Source: Candidatus Multivoradales bacterium (GTDB taxonomy: Bacteria > Acidobacteriota > Thermoanaerobaculia > Multivoradales > J023). From it: 64,000 nucleotides of DNA. The stretch spans positions 32,001 through 96,000 of the forward strand of contig CBDFLE010000004.1 in assembly GCA_965248925.1 (NCBI GenBank). The letters run 5' to 3'. The position numbers and the translations under genes were made by a program. This document shows positions 48,901 through 58,362 of the stretch, in pieces; within the stretch, counting starts at the first letter, position 1; every line of letters begins with the position of its first letter. The notes beneath the pieces are model-generated. The model made no database searches. It saw nothing but the letters and a program-made list of their open reading frames with translations, and was not told the origin of the DNA.

Positions 48901-51002
48901 CCGGTGCAGTCCACCGCCGTCGACTTGCGCAGGCTGCCACTGGCGTAGACGTGGTCGGTGCGGTAGGTCGGGCCGGACAAGCTGAGGCTGCACAAGGAGC
49001 CGGTGCCGAGGTTCTGGGTGTCGCCGCCATAGACCCGCTGGCGGGTGACGAAGCCGTTGCTCGAGGTGAGGAGGCTCACCACGTCGCGGCTCTGGCGATT
49101 GCTACCGGCCAGCTGGCGGCGGCGTTCGAGGAAGCCGGTGGTGCTGCTGAAGCAGAACTCAGCCTTCTCGGTGGTCCCGCCTTCGCTCACCGACTGCTCG
49201 TCCCAGGTCTCCAAGATCCAGCGTGCGTTGTGGCTTGGCAGCACGAAATCGGTTGCCGGATCGATCGAGCTGTCCTCGGGGTTGGCGATGATGTAGGTGC
49301 CGCTGTTGGCGTTGTAGGTGGTGCTGCTGGTGCGCACGTTGGCGGCGCCGAAGCTGCCGCCGGTGGTCATGGTGCGGAAGTGGCCCAGGCCATCGAAGTC
49401 CGAGAAGGTGACTTCGCGGACCTTGCCGCCGTCGTCGTGGAAGGTCTCCTTGCGGTAGCGCAAGCGGTGGGCTTTCTCGTTGTAGTTGCCGGCGTCGCGG
49501 CCATCGCTGTCGAACTCAACGAAGATCGAGCGGAGCTTGGTTCCGCCAGCGTTGAAGAGTTCTTGGGAAAGGAAGGGGCCGGCTTCTGAGAAGCTGCCAC
49601 TGATGGGATCGCAGTAGGTGTAGGGCAGGCCATAGGACCAGCGATTGTTGGCGCCGACGGTGGAGAAATAGCTCACCGTCTCGAAGCCCAGCGGATCAGT
49701 CACTTTCATCGAGTGGAAGCAGGGGTGGCCCAGCGGATCGCCGGGGGCTTGCGGGTTTGCGGTGTCGTAGGTGTAGCTCCAGGTGGCGTAGGGGGTGGTG
49801 TCGCCGTCGTCGAGGAAGAGATGCTTGCTCTTGACTCCCCGCGCCACCGTGCCCCAATCGGGAGCGTGGAAGAGGTCGGCCAGCTGGGTTTGGAAGGGGA
49901 AGAGCTGGTAGTCGTAGCCGTAGGCGCCGCCGGTGGGCAAGCGCAGCTTCGACAAGCCGCCCGAGAGCAGGTTGTCGACAGTCAGGTAGTCCATCTCGTA
50001 GAACGAACCGTCGGGCAACACCACCCGGTCGAGCACCTGGGTGGTGAGGGTGTGCTCGGCTATCGGCACGCAGCCGGGACGGAAGCCGAACTGCCGTTCT
50101 AGAGTTTCGGTGCGGTACTGAAAGAGGAAGGTCGAGTTGCTTTGGCTGCCGAAGGCTTCGAGCCTCACCGTAGCGACTCTGCCACCGACAAAATCCACCG
50201 TGTGAGTGCGCCCTTGGCTGTCGGTCAATGTCCAGTCGCCATCGTTGGCATAGCGCACATTGATCCAATTGCCGAAGCGATCCTCCATCCGCGTCAGGCG
50301 CCAGAGATCGCCGACGGAGGCGTAGTTATGGAACTCATGCAGCTCGCCGCCAGAAAATTCTACCGTGTAGCAGCTCTGATCGACAAAGGTGCCAGACGGC
50401 AGCTCGCACACCCCCGGATTGCGCTTGCGTAGACGGAGGTACGTGCTGTCGTTGGTGAACCAGGTGCTGGGCTGCGGTGTCGCCGGGAAGCCGCCGGGAT
50501 GCAGCTCGGTATAAAACCTGTGCTCGCCGCCACTTGGATCGACGTAAATCTCAGGCGTTGTCGTCGGACTGTTACGTGGCGCGATCAGCTCTCCTAGGCT
50601 GACTCTCCAGCCGAAGCCGGCCTGCGTCTTGAGATCCTGGATCGGCAGGCTGTAGGTACGCAGCGCGAAGGGCGGATTGATGTCTTGACATTGGTGATTC
50701 TCATCGTACTCCCAGCCACCGGAGCTGTACGAGGCGGTCAGGCTGAAGCTGAGCGACGGGCCGACCGGATAGGTGATGCCGATCGGTAGAGATACGGTCA
50801 GGCTGCCGTTGAAGAGATTGATCTGATCCAGGTCGCCAATCTGGTAGGCGGTGTCGGCGGTCACTCCGCGCTGGTGGCTCGGGGGGAGTTGCGCGGTCAG
50901 CGGCAGGGCGATGCAGAGGCCGAGAAGTAAGAAGCTGAGAGGCAGAATCTGCCACGTCTGAAGTAGGAGATATTCGGTACTGAGGAAAAATTTTCGGTGC
51001 AT
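45912..51002 (-). CDS. Full-length RHS/YD-repeat polymorphic toxin with Sec signal peptide
   Basis: Signal peptide (LLLGLCIALPLTA-Q), many YD repeats, HLDHLGTPR, KFTGHERD, DPDGR, divergent C-terminal tip. Confidence 0.93.
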   Translation of the reverse strand: MHRKFFLSTEYLLLQTWQILPLSFLLLGLCIALPLTAQLPPSHQRGVTADTAYQIGDLDQINLFNGSLTVSLPIGITYPVGPSLSFSLTASYSSGGWEYDENHQCQDINPPFALRTYSLPIQDLKTQAGFGWRVSLGELIAPRNSPTTTPEIYVDPSGGEHRFYTELHPGGFPATPQPSTWFTNDSTYLRLRKRNPGVCELPSGTFVDQSCYTVEFSGGELHEFHNYASVGDLWRLTRMEDRFGNWINVRYANDGDWTLTDSQGRTHTVDFVGGRVATVRLEAFGSQSNSTFLFQYRTETLERQFGFRPGCVPIAEHTLTTQVLDRVVLPDGSFYEMDYLTVDNLLSGGLSKLRLPTGGAYGYDYQLFPFQTQLADLFHAPDWGTVARGVKSKHLFLDDGDTTPYATWSYTYDTANPQAPGDPLGHPCFHSMKVTDPLGFETVSYFSTVGANNRWSYGLPYTYCDPISGSFSEAGPFLSQELFNAGGTKLRSIFVEFDSDGRDAGNYNEKAHRLRYRKETFHDDGGKVREVTFSDFDGLGHFRTMTTGGSFGAANVRTSSTTYNANSGTYIIANPEDSSIDPATDFVLPSHNARWILETWDEQSVSEGGTTEKAEFCFSSTTGFLERRRQLAGSNRQSRDVVSLLTSSNGFVTRQRVYGGDTQNLGTGSLCSLSLSGPTYRTDHVYASGSLRKSTAVDCTGTAILTLADYDIDSDTGLVATSRDAAGLGTSFTYDRLGRLTGQRPAELGWTQWTYTLPTTANPGLAPKLTEQQCQPFQTSCSGTDLMSFREHRYDGLGRRLQETVRIPVANAGQTELWHRYTTWNPRHWKTDESVWTTASAAGESRRTTYLAYDRFGRPGRVKPPEQPATFFTYQGDRVQTRRFKVQLTSGQQDTYVTEIMDGQGRLAEVCEGSSAAWSGSCGGGGLLTRYSYDDGGRLTKVCQNLSGSTCGQTRLFDYDGRGFLLSETHPEIGPSGNGRIDYRFDAGGNAISKDLIGSTAFDLSFDFDAAGRLIRVLESSNGVGSTPRLQKQFRYARTNSGSDHRAGKLVQTVRHNWVDIQNPLAPEPGSLDVKLSESFRYTGRQGLMSEKQTRYQFFAGNYAFTTGFVYDTQGNLSQLDYPSCQHADGGCATNDPQRTVNFNYEKGMLRSVPGFANNLTYQSGGMLHQLTHGDGVVDTQEVSSSNGLARPHQLTTSAGWSSGIFAYDGAGNISAIGNLDYRYDRLGRLRSGQTSVGATRFTQTATYDNFGNIQQLSTPGFAALNLNPNATTNRLGLSGAQYDAAGNLTDITLGSESFDYAFDGANMMKHLRSNTDQARVFIYNASDERILTFDCFGPGATSTCTTQPASLTWTLRGLGNEVLRVYDQPAGGAFSWSRDYVHRGGQPLATIEPEGSGGEMTSHLHLDHLGTPRQITRGGQQVALHNYYPFGQEATNLAQDEVVLKFTGHERDKTGTGVRSELDYMHARHCSPVVGRFLSVDPSLGSRSSPQSWNRFSYVSNSPINQVDPDGRLGFLVTAFLGGVVDVGIQIASNALSGEELTTGVAGAFVTGAVAGATGLGLLKVAGRGAKLVGAVRNAKKLKKSAAAADAARAGADGTAGARSAANRLRLQKQLASEQQVGELANGGGRTIAGAGGRVPIRDVDRLARQYGGSRGDWAKIRSSNFKAADGASFEVHAYRNVRTGEIVELKTKFQ

Positions 51003-51198
51003 CTCTTCACCCTTCCGTTGGTTTGGCGGCTTGGTTGCCTCCAGGGCAGCAAGTGCCAGCATTTGCTTACACTATCTATAGGCGCAGGAAGAGCCAAGAA
51101 GTTACAAGCTTTCATTATTTGGTGGTTTCTACTGTAGTTTTTCCAGATTTGCGTCACCGAGAGAGCTGCAATCGGTGCCTTGGGGCCTAGCCCCCCGC

Positions 51199-52392
51199 CT
51201 AGCCCCCCGCCTTGCTATCCCCCGGCAGGATGCAGCCGTTGGCCTCGCAGTTGTGGGCGATGGTGTCGGCGAAACCATCTTCGATCAGTCGTGCCAAGCG
51301 CTGACGATTGATGTTGAGGAAACCCAAGGCGCCGTCGAGGCCATCGGGGGGAAAGTAGCGGTGGATGGTGATCTGTTTGTATTTCCGCTCGGTGTTGTGG
51401 CACTTGGCCATCGGACCGGCGGCTTCTAGGAAAGCCGCCAGGTCTTTGTCGTCTGGCTGAACGTCCTTGGCCTGTTGCTCCATCAGTTCGATGCCGCGAT
51501 TGAAGGCGGCGGCACGCTTGATATCGCGGTTTACCGCCGCCGCCCAGGCGATGACCTGGGAGCGATAGAGGGTCTCTAAGGTGCTGTCGAGAGCGTTGAG
51601 GGGCATTTTCTGAATATCGGTGTTCATGTAGATCACATGCAGCACGGTGGCGCCGAGCTTGATCGCCGGCTTCAGTGGCGTGTTCATCAGCACCGCGCCG
51701 TCAACGTAGGTCTGGGCTCCGACTTTGGCCGGCGGATAGAAGCCGGGCACGGCGCTCGAAGCGCGGATTGCCATCGGTCCCAGCTTGTCGCTCATGTCGT
51801 GGTTGCCGAACATCCGCACTTCGCCGAGCACCCAATTGGTGGCGGCAATCGACAGCTTCTTTGGACTCTGGCGGATCTTTTTATAGTCGATAACTTCGCG
51901 CAGGGTCTGCTCCCAGGGCTCGACCGACACCAGGCTCGATAGGTTGAAGGTGTCGAGCAGGCGCTCTAGGAAGGGTTCTTTGCCGGTGGCCAAGCGAACC
52001 GCCCGCTGGGTGCCTTCCCAGCCAAGAAAGGCAGTGTCGCCAGCCAGTTGGCGGAGGGGCTCGAGGGGATCTTCGAGATAGCGCCGGGGATCGAGCAGCA
52101 TGGTTGGGTCGAGGCGGATTCTAAAACCGCCATTGTGGCCATTGATCTCGGCGATGCGCTCTAACCACACCGTTTCTAAATGGCCTATTGCTGCCGGGCC
52201 ATAATCGTCCCAATGGGAGACCAGATAGGAGGCGTTGAACGAGCCGATCGAGGTTCCAGTGAGTACCTTGGGATCGAGCGGGCGCTGCTGGGTGGCTGGA
52301 GATTTACCGTTGAACAGCGCTTTGGCCACCCCGACCTCGTAAGCGCCATCGGCGCCGCCGCCTGAGAAAACTACCGCGTGCCTGCGAGCCAT
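51199..52392 (-). CDS. Patatin-like phospholipase
   Basis: SGGGADGAY, GTSIG, ASSAVPG, YVDGA. Confidence 0.9.
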   Translation of the reverse strand: MARRHAVVFSGGGADGAYEVGVAKALFNGKSPATQQRPLDPKVLTGTSIGSFNASYLVSHWDDYGPAAIGHLETVWLERIAEINGHNGGFRIRLDPTMLLDPRRYLEDPLEPLRQLAGDTAFLGWEGTQRAVRLATGKEPFLERLLDTFNLSSLVSVEPWEQTLREVIDYKKIRQSPKKLSIAATNWVLGEVRMFGNHDMSDKLGPMAIRASSAVPGFYPPAKVGAQTYVDGAVLMNTPLKPAIKLGATVLHVIYMNTDIQKMPLNALDSTLETLYRSQVIAWAAAVNRDIKRAAAFNRGIELMEQQAKDVQPDDKDLAAFLEAAGPMAKCHNTERKYKQITIHRYFPPDGLDGALGFLNINRQRLARLIEDGFADTIAHNCEANGCILPGDSKAGG

Positions 52393-52565
52393 GAGCTACC
52401 CCCGAAGTGGAACAGAGAAGATACTTTGAAAGAAGTCCGGTGACGTTGGTGTGCGATCTGGCCAGTTGCCGCTGTCGCGCAGGGCAGTATAGCGGCAGCG
52501 TAAGATGAGCCAATGGTGCTAGAGATAGACGGCGTTGTTCGAAATATCGAGAACCGAGGAAGTCG

Positions 52566-53501
52566 GTGCGGCGAGTAGCGATCAGCGGCGCCAGTGGCTT
52601 GGTGGGTCGGGCGCTGTCGGCGTATTTGGCGCGGCGAGGTTGGAGCGTGGTGCCCCTGGTGCGCTGTTCCGACCAGCCTGGGGTGCGCTGGGATCCGCTT
52701 GTCGGAATCCTCGACAGCGCTGCTTTGGAAGGCTTCGATGCGGTGGTCCATCTGGCCGGCGAGAGTCTGGCCGAGGGACGTTGGACGGCGGCCAAGATGG
52801 CGCGGATCCGCAGCAGCCGGGTGAGTGGCACCAGGCTCTTGAGCAGCACTCTGGCCGATCTCAAGAGGCCGCCGAGTTGCCTGGTCGCAGCTTCGGCAAT
52901 TGGCTACTACGGTGATCGAGGAGATCAGTTGCTCGATGAGAACAGCTCTGCCGGTCGGGGTTTTCTGGCCGAGGTCTGCCAAGCTTGGGAAGCGGCCACC
53001 CATCCGGCAGTCGATGCCGGTATTCGCACTGTCAACCTTCGCCTCGGCGTGGTCTTGGCGGCCCACGGCGGCGCCCTGGCCAAAATGCTGACTCCCTTTC
53101 GCCTCGGTCTTGGGGGAGTGGTGGGCGATGGTCGGCAGTGGGTGAGCTGGATCGAACTGGGGGATCTGCTGCGCGTGATCGAGCACGCGATCGAGACGCC
53201 GCGGTTGGCCGGCGCGTTGAATGCGGTCGCGGCCGAGCCGGTAACCCAGCGTCAGCTGACCCGCGCGTTGGGACGGGCGTTGGCTCGCCCCACCTTCCTT
53301 CCGCTGCCGGCATTCGCGGCGCGCTGGGCCTTTGGCAGCATGGCCGACGAACTGCTACTGGCTAGCACCCGAGTCGACGGTAGCCGGCTAGTCGACAGCG
53401 GCGCGATGCTGTGCCATCGGCGCATCGAGGAGGCCCTGGCAAGGTTGCTCAGGCGGCCTTCCAAGGTGAATCGCCTTGACCACCCCGAGGCACCTTCTTA
53501 G
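52566..53501 (+). CDS. TIGR01777-family NAD-dependent epimerase
   Basis: GASGLVG, VHLAGE...RWT, ASAIGYYG, GDGRQWVSWI. Confidence 0.9.
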   Translation: MRRVAISGASGLVGRALSAYLARRGWSVVPLVRCSDQPGVRWDPLVGILDSAALEGFDAVVHLAGESLAEGRWTAAKMARIRSSRVSGTRLLSSTLADLKRPPSCLVAASAIGYYGDRGDQLLDENSSAGRGFLAEVCQAWEAATHPAVDAGIRTVNLRLGVVLAAHGGALAKMLTPFRLGLGGVVGDGRQWVSWIELGDLLRVIEHAIETPRLAGALNAVAAEPVTQRQLTRALGRALARPTFLPLPAFAARWAFGSMADELLLASTRVDGSRLVDSGAMLCHRRIEEALARLLRRPSKVNRLDHPEAPS

Positions 53502-53590
53502 AATGGACCCGGCGGAGTCTCTATTTTGGATCGCTCTGCCGGCCAAAATCTGTTTGTTGGCCAAGATTGGCTCCGGGACCAGACCTCGAC

Positions 53591-54275
53591 GATGATCACC
53601 GGCTACAACACCGATGTGCGCTACGGCGATCTAGTGCTCCATGTCCAGACCGAGGACAAAGGGCAGACTAACCCGTGCATTGAAAGCCTGATCTACTGCG
53701 GCGGCCAGGTGGTGGTGGCGAAGCGGGCGAGCTATGCCGATCTGATCAAGCTTGGCAAGGGCAAAACCGAGGTCACCGCCTTGATGGATCATCAGCATCG
53801 GACGATGATCAAGGCGATCCAGACCGGCAAATTCGACGGCAAGATTCGCGAGTATATGCCCGACGCGAAACTCTCCAAGCCGAGCCAGGAGGGTACCTCG
53901 CCGGGTTTTCCGGCGATTGTCGAAGGGGGCCAAAGCCTAGACCAGGTCATTCTCGAGTACCTAACCAGCGAAGCAGAGCAAGAGCAGCTGGTCTTGGTGC
54001 TTGAGCAACAAGCCGAGTTGCGCGCCGGCGGGCGGCTGTCGCTGGCGTTGCGGACCCGCTCGAGCAAGAGTGGTCAGCCGGTGGCCGGGGTGGTGGTCAA
54101 CGTGAAGATGATCTCTACCCTCGGTGGCCCTAATAATCTGGCCGATGGTCGCACCGACCACGATGGGCTGGTGCAGCTGCCGATCGACATTCCGGCGGTC
54201 GACCACGGCACCGCGGCGTTGATCATCACTGCCAACAGCAGCCTGGGCCAGGCTGAACTCAAACATCTGTTGTGA
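53591..54275 (+). CDS. Conserved hypothetical protein
   Basis: MITGYNTDVRY..LHVQTED...HRTMI...SLDQVILEYL; C-terminal beta-rich domain. Confidence 0.7.
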
Positions 54276-54511
54276 GTGGGCGAATCTCCGGGCCTGGCCC
54301 TGTCGAGACCATCCGCGTGCTGCTTAACGGCGATTCCACCGAGCTTCCGGCGGAGCTTACCTTGAGTGATTTCGTCGCCCGGCTGGGGCTCGATCCGCGG
54401 GCTGTAGCCATCGAGCGCAACGGGCTAATTGCCCCCCGTGCCACCTACTCTTCGACCGTCGTCGAGGATGGAGATCGGCTGGAGGTCGTACACTTCGTGC
54501 AAGGCGGGTGA
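54272..54511 (+). CDS. thiS: Sulfur carrier protein ThiS
   Basis: VAIERNG...DGDRLEVVHFVQGG with C-terminal GG. Confidence 0.9.
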   Translation: MSGRISGPGPVETIRVLLNGDSTELPAELTLSDFVARLGLDPRAVAIERNGLIAPRATYSSTVVEDGDRLEVVHFVQGG

Positions 54512-54574
54512 GACTGGCCTAGATATTGTCTTGTCTTGCTGGTTGGATCCGGTTTAGACTCTGGGCGCCCGAGG

Positions 54575-54650
54575 GGGCCGCTAGCTCAATTGGCAGAGCA
54601 ACAGACTCTTAATCTGTGGGTTCTAGGTTCGATTCCTAGGCGGCTCACCA
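54575..54650 (+). tRNA. tRNA-Lys(CTT)
   Basis: 76-nt cloverleaf, anticodon loop CT-CTT-AA, GTTCGA T-loop, encoded CCA. Confidence 0.95.
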
Positions 54651-54870
54651 ATCGACCCACCTCACTTTCAATCGCGCCCGGTAGCAGCAGCAAACTGAAT
54701 CCAGAGGCCATACGGATAGGGCCTCGACCGGCGCGCTGAGCGAATTCACAGGCGGGTTTTTAGCGTTCCTCAACCCGCTGGTCTGGTCGAGGCTAGCGAG
54801 GATTCGGCGCCGAGGAGCGTCCAGAGAGGTGGCGCCCATTAGAAAACCGGGAGCCGATCCAGATTTCGGA

Positions 54871-54957
54871 GCGAAAGTGGCGGAATTGGTATACGCGCTA
54901 GACTTAGGATCTAGTCCCTTCATTGGGATGGGGGTTCGAGTCCCCCCTTTCGCACCA
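54871..54957 (+). tRNA. tRNA-Leu(TAG)
   Basis: 87 nt, anticodon loop CT-TAG-GA, long variable arm, encoded CCA; upstream of tig. Confidence 0.95.
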
Positions 54958-55017
54958 GTATTCAAGGACCGCTCCGGCGCCTAGGCGCGGAGCTAGAAAG
55001 AAGGTCTCAATCCGGCC

Positions 55018-56343
55018 ATGAGTGTCGTCATTGCAATCGAAGAAGCGGGTCCCTGCCGCATGCAGCTCACCATCGAGGTGCCGGCGCCGGCTGTCGAGGC
55101 CGAACTGGGACGAGTGGTGAACGAGTTTCGCAAAGAAATGAACTTGCCAGGCTTCCGCCGCGGCAAGGTGCCCACCCAGCTGATTCGCCAGCGTTTCAGG
55201 GAGGATATCGAGAAAGAGGTCGCCGATCGGCTGGTTCCTCGATATTGGAATCAGGCGCAGGCAGAGAAAGCTCTCGACCCTCTGCTTCCTCCTCGGGTCG
55301 AGGAACTCAAGATCAGCGCCGGTGAGCCGATGACCTTCGTCGCCACGGTGGAGACTCGGCCGCGCATCGAGGTGGGCAGCTTGACGGATTTCGACCTGCC
55401 GCAAGACGATCCTCAGCCTACCAAGGTCGAAATCGAAGAAGCTATCGACGAGCTGCGGCGGCGGCACAGCATGTGGGTGCCGGTCGAGCGTTCGGCTGCC
55501 CGGGGTGATCTGGCTGTCGGCAGCTTGCTGCTCGATGCCGGCGATGATGCGGAGGATGACGCTGACGACGCGACGGCGGCCTCGCCCTTTGAAGTCGAGC
55601 TGGGTGACGAGCGGGTATGGGAAGAACTCAGCCTAGCTTTGACAGGCCTGGCCGCCGGCCAGAAGGCGACCTTTGATCGCCGAACCGGCGAAGGGGAGGA
55701 GGCCGAGACCACCTGTTATCGGCTTGAGGTCACGGCGGTGAAGGAGCGTGAGCTGCCGGACATCGACGAAGACCTGATCAGCAAATTCGGTGAGTTCGAC
55801 AACGCCGAAGAGTGGCGCCAGGAGGTTGCCGAGCGGCTGGGTGAGCAAAAGACCCGGGAGCTGCGCAATCGCCGCGAAAGTGCTTTGTCCGAGCAGCTCT
55901 GCCAGCGCCATCCCTTGGAGCTGCCGGTCGGGGTGGTCGATCAAGAGGTCGAGAATCAAATGCGTGACTACGCCGAGAATCTCAGCCGTCAGGGTGTTGA
56001 TTTAGAGAACGTGCAGCTCGATTGGGAGCGCATGTCTGAGGAGTTTCGGCCGGCTAGCGAACGTCGAGTACACGTTCGCCTGGTGCTCGATGCGGTGGCT
56101 GAAGATCAGGCGGTAAGCATCGACGAGGCGGAGTTCGAGAAGTTGCTGGGTGGCTTGGCCGCCAGTCAAGGTCAGAGTTCCTTCGCCCTACGGCAGCAGC
56201 TCAGCGAAAACGGTCGTATGGAGTCGTTGCGCGCTCAAGTGCGCCGCGACCAGACAGTGCGCCAGTTGCTCGGCGAGGTTCCTGCAGAGGAGCCCGCGAC
56301 TGCCGACACCACGGATTCCGCCAGTCCAGAAAAGGAGGCTTGA
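55018..56343 (+). CDS. tig: Trigger factor
   Basis: PGFRRGKVP ribosome-binding signature; tig-clpP-clpX-lon order. Confidence 0.93.
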   Translation: MSVVIAIEEAGPCRMQLTIEVPAPAVEAELGRVVNEFRKEMNLPGFRRGKVPTQLIRQRFREDIEKEVADRLVPRYWNQAQAEKALDPLLPPRVEELKISAGEPMTFVATVETRPRIEVGSLTDFDLPQDDPQPTKVEIEEAIDELRRRHSMWVPVERSAARGDLAVGSLLLDAGDDAEDDADDATAASPFEVELGDERVWEELSLALTGLAAGQKATFDRRTGEGEEAETTCYRLEVTAVKERELPDIDEDLISKFGEFDNAEEWRQEVAERLGEQKTRELRNRRESALSEQLCQRHPLELPVGVVDQEVENQMRDYAENLSRQGVDLENVQLDWERMSEEFRPASERRVHVRLVLDAVAEDQAVSIDEAEFEKLLGGLAASQGQSSFALRQQLSENGRMESLRAQVRRDQTVRQLLGEVPAEEPATADTTDSASPEKEA

Positions 56344-56348
56344 GGCTG

Positions 56349-56954
56349 ATGTGGGTGCCGTATGTCATCGAACAGACCAACCGCGGCGAGCGCTCGTACG
56401 ATATCTACTCGCGGCTGCTGAAAGACAACATCATCTTCCTCAGCCGGCCGATCGACGACGATGTCGCCAGTCTGCTGATGGCCCAGCTGCTGTTTCTCGA
56501 GGCTGAGAACCCCGAGCGGGATATCGCCATCTACATCAACTCGCCGGGTGGTTCGACCACCGCTGGCTTGGCTATTTACGACACCATGCAGCACATCAGG
56601 CCGGATGTCTCGACCTACTGTGTTGGCCAAGCGGCATCGATGGCGGCGTTGTTGTTGGCAGCCGGTACCAAGGGCAAGCGGTTCATTCTGCCCAACAGCA
56701 GGGTGCTGATTCACCAACCCTCGATGCGCGGGTTGGACGGGCAGCAGACCGATATTCAGATCCATGCTCTGGATCTGCTGGATCTGCGCGGGCGGCTCGA
56801 CAAGATCCTCGCCAAGCACACTGGGCAGACGACCGAGCGGGTGCACGAAGATACCGAGCGCGACAACATCCTGAGTGCCGCCGAGGCCATCGAGTACGGA
56901 CTTGTCGACGAGATCATGCGACGCCGGGAGCCGACCGACACGGACGGTTCTTGA
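56349..56954 (+). CDS. clpP: ATP-dependent Clp protease proteolytic subunit
   Basis: [25 protein letters not shown]. Confidence 0.97.
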   Translation: MWVPYVIEQTNRGERSYDIYSRLLKDNIIFLSRPIDDDVASLLMAQLLFLEAENPERDIAIYINSPGGSTTAGLAIYDTMQHIRPDVSTYCVGQAASMAALLLAAGTKGKRFILPNSRVLIHQPSMRGLDGQQTDIQIHALDLLDLRGRLDKILAKHTGQTTERVHEDTERDNILSAAEAIEYGLVDEIMRRREPTDTDGS

Positions 56955-57059
56955 GCCTTCGTTCGAGGGCCGGAATAGAGAGGTGACGGCGACTGTTCTA
57001 AGGAAGAAGACCTTCCCCCATGGAAAGCGGTCGCCAGTCCGCGGAGTTAAGGAGAATAG

Positions 57060-58295
57060 ATGTCGAAGAAGGACTCTAGCGAAGAGGCACTGCGGTGCTC
57101 CTTCTGCAACAAGAGCCAGCGTGAGGTCAAGAAGCTGATCGCCGGGCCGACGGTGTTCATCTGCGACGAGTGCGTCGACATCTGCCTCGATATCATCGCG
57201 GAAGATCGCCTGAACGAGCAGCAGCAGGACACCAATCTGCCGAAGCCTCAAGAGATCAAGGATCTACTCGATCAGTACGTGATAGGCCAGGAGATTGCCA
57301 AACGCAAGCTGGCGGTGGCGGTCTACAACCACTACAAGCGCATTGAGCATGCTGACCGCAGCCGCACGGATGTCGAGCTGCAGAAATCCAATATTCTCCT
57401 GATCGGCCCCACCGGCACCGGCAAGACGCTGCTCGCTCAGACCCTGGCGCGGATTCTCTCGGTTCCCTTCACCATCGCCGACGCCACCACCCTGACCGAG
57501 GCTGGCTATGTCGGCGAGGATGTCGAGAACATCATTCTCAAGCTGTACCAGGCGTCGGGCAACGACAAAGAGAAGACCCAACGCGGTATCGTCTACATCG
57601 ACGAAGTCGACAAGGTGTCGCGTAAGTCGGACAACCCCTCGATCACCCGCGATGTTTCGGGCGAGGGGGTGCAGCAGGCGTTGCTGAAGATTCTCGAAGG
57701 GACCCAATGCAATGTGCCGCCGCAGGGTGGCCGCAAGCATCCCCACCAAGAGTTCTTGCAGATCGACACCACCAACATCTTGTTTCTCTGTGGCGGCGCC
57801 TTCGTCGGTCTTGAGGATCTGATCGGCTCGCGATTGAACCAGAAGTCGATGGGCTTCGGATCGAAGATCAAGGGCCCTGACGAGCGCAATACCGTGTTTC
57901 TGGAGAGCGTGCTGCCCGAGGATCTGATCAAGTACGGTCTGATCCCGGAGTTTGTCGGCCGTCTACCGGTGGTGGCAACCCTGGAAGAACTCGACGAGCA
58001 TGCTCTGGTGCGCATTCTCACCGAGCCCAAGAACTGCTTGTCGCGGCAGTACCAGACCATGTTCGAGTTTGAAGATGTCAAGCTCAAGTTCACCGATGGG
58101 GCGATCGTCGCCATTTCCCGCGAGGCGATCAAGCGCGGCGTGGGCGCGCGGGGCCTGCGGATCATCATGGAAGAGCTGATGCTCGATCTGATGTACAAGA
58201 TCCCATCGCAGTCCAACATTAAGGAGTGCGTCATCACCGAAGAGGTGGTGTACAACAAGATCCAACCGCTGATGCTGTACAAGCAGGCTGGTTGA
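57060..58295 (+). CDS. clpX: Clp protease ATP-binding subunit ClpX
   Basis: CSFC...CDEC Zn finger, [20 protein letters not shown]. Confidence 0.97.
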   Translation: MSKKDSSEEALRCSFCNKSQREVKKLIAGPTVFICDECVDICLDIIAEDRLNEQQQDTNLPKPQEIKDLLDQYVIGQEIAKRKLAVAVYNHYKRIEHADRSRTDVELQKSNILLIGPTGTGKTLLAQTLARILSVPFTIADATTLTEAGYVGEDVENIILKLYQASGNDKEKTQRGIVYIDEVDKVSRKSDNPSITRDVSGEGVQQALLKILEGTQCNVPPQGGRKHPHQEFLQIDTTNILFLCGGAFVGLEDLIGSRLNQKSMGFGSKIKGPDERNTVFLESVLPEDLIKYGLIPEFVGRLPVVATLEELDEHALVRILTEPKNCLSRQYQTMFEFEDVKLKFTDGAIVAISREAIKRGVGARGLRIIMEELMLDLMYKIPSQSNIKECVITEEVVYNKIQPLMLYKQAG

Positions 58296-58362
58296 GCCGC
58301 TGGAACCATCCCGAAAATGGATCTTCTTTTGAAATCACGTTAGATAATTCGAGAGCCAATTC

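Noticed and set aside
51185-51212. 12-bp tandem duplication GCCTAGCCCCCC at the patatin stop as an island boundary
   Set aside because: No partner copy seen at the other end of the Rhs locus; most likely local slippage
54575-54957. tRNAs as the integration site of the Rhs/primase island
   Set aside because: No duplicated tRNA 3' end seen, and four ordinary genes separate them from rhs
57593-58309. Long antisense ORFs opposite clpX, xerD, korA, lon and rho
   Set aside because: Expected shadow frames in high-GC coding DNA
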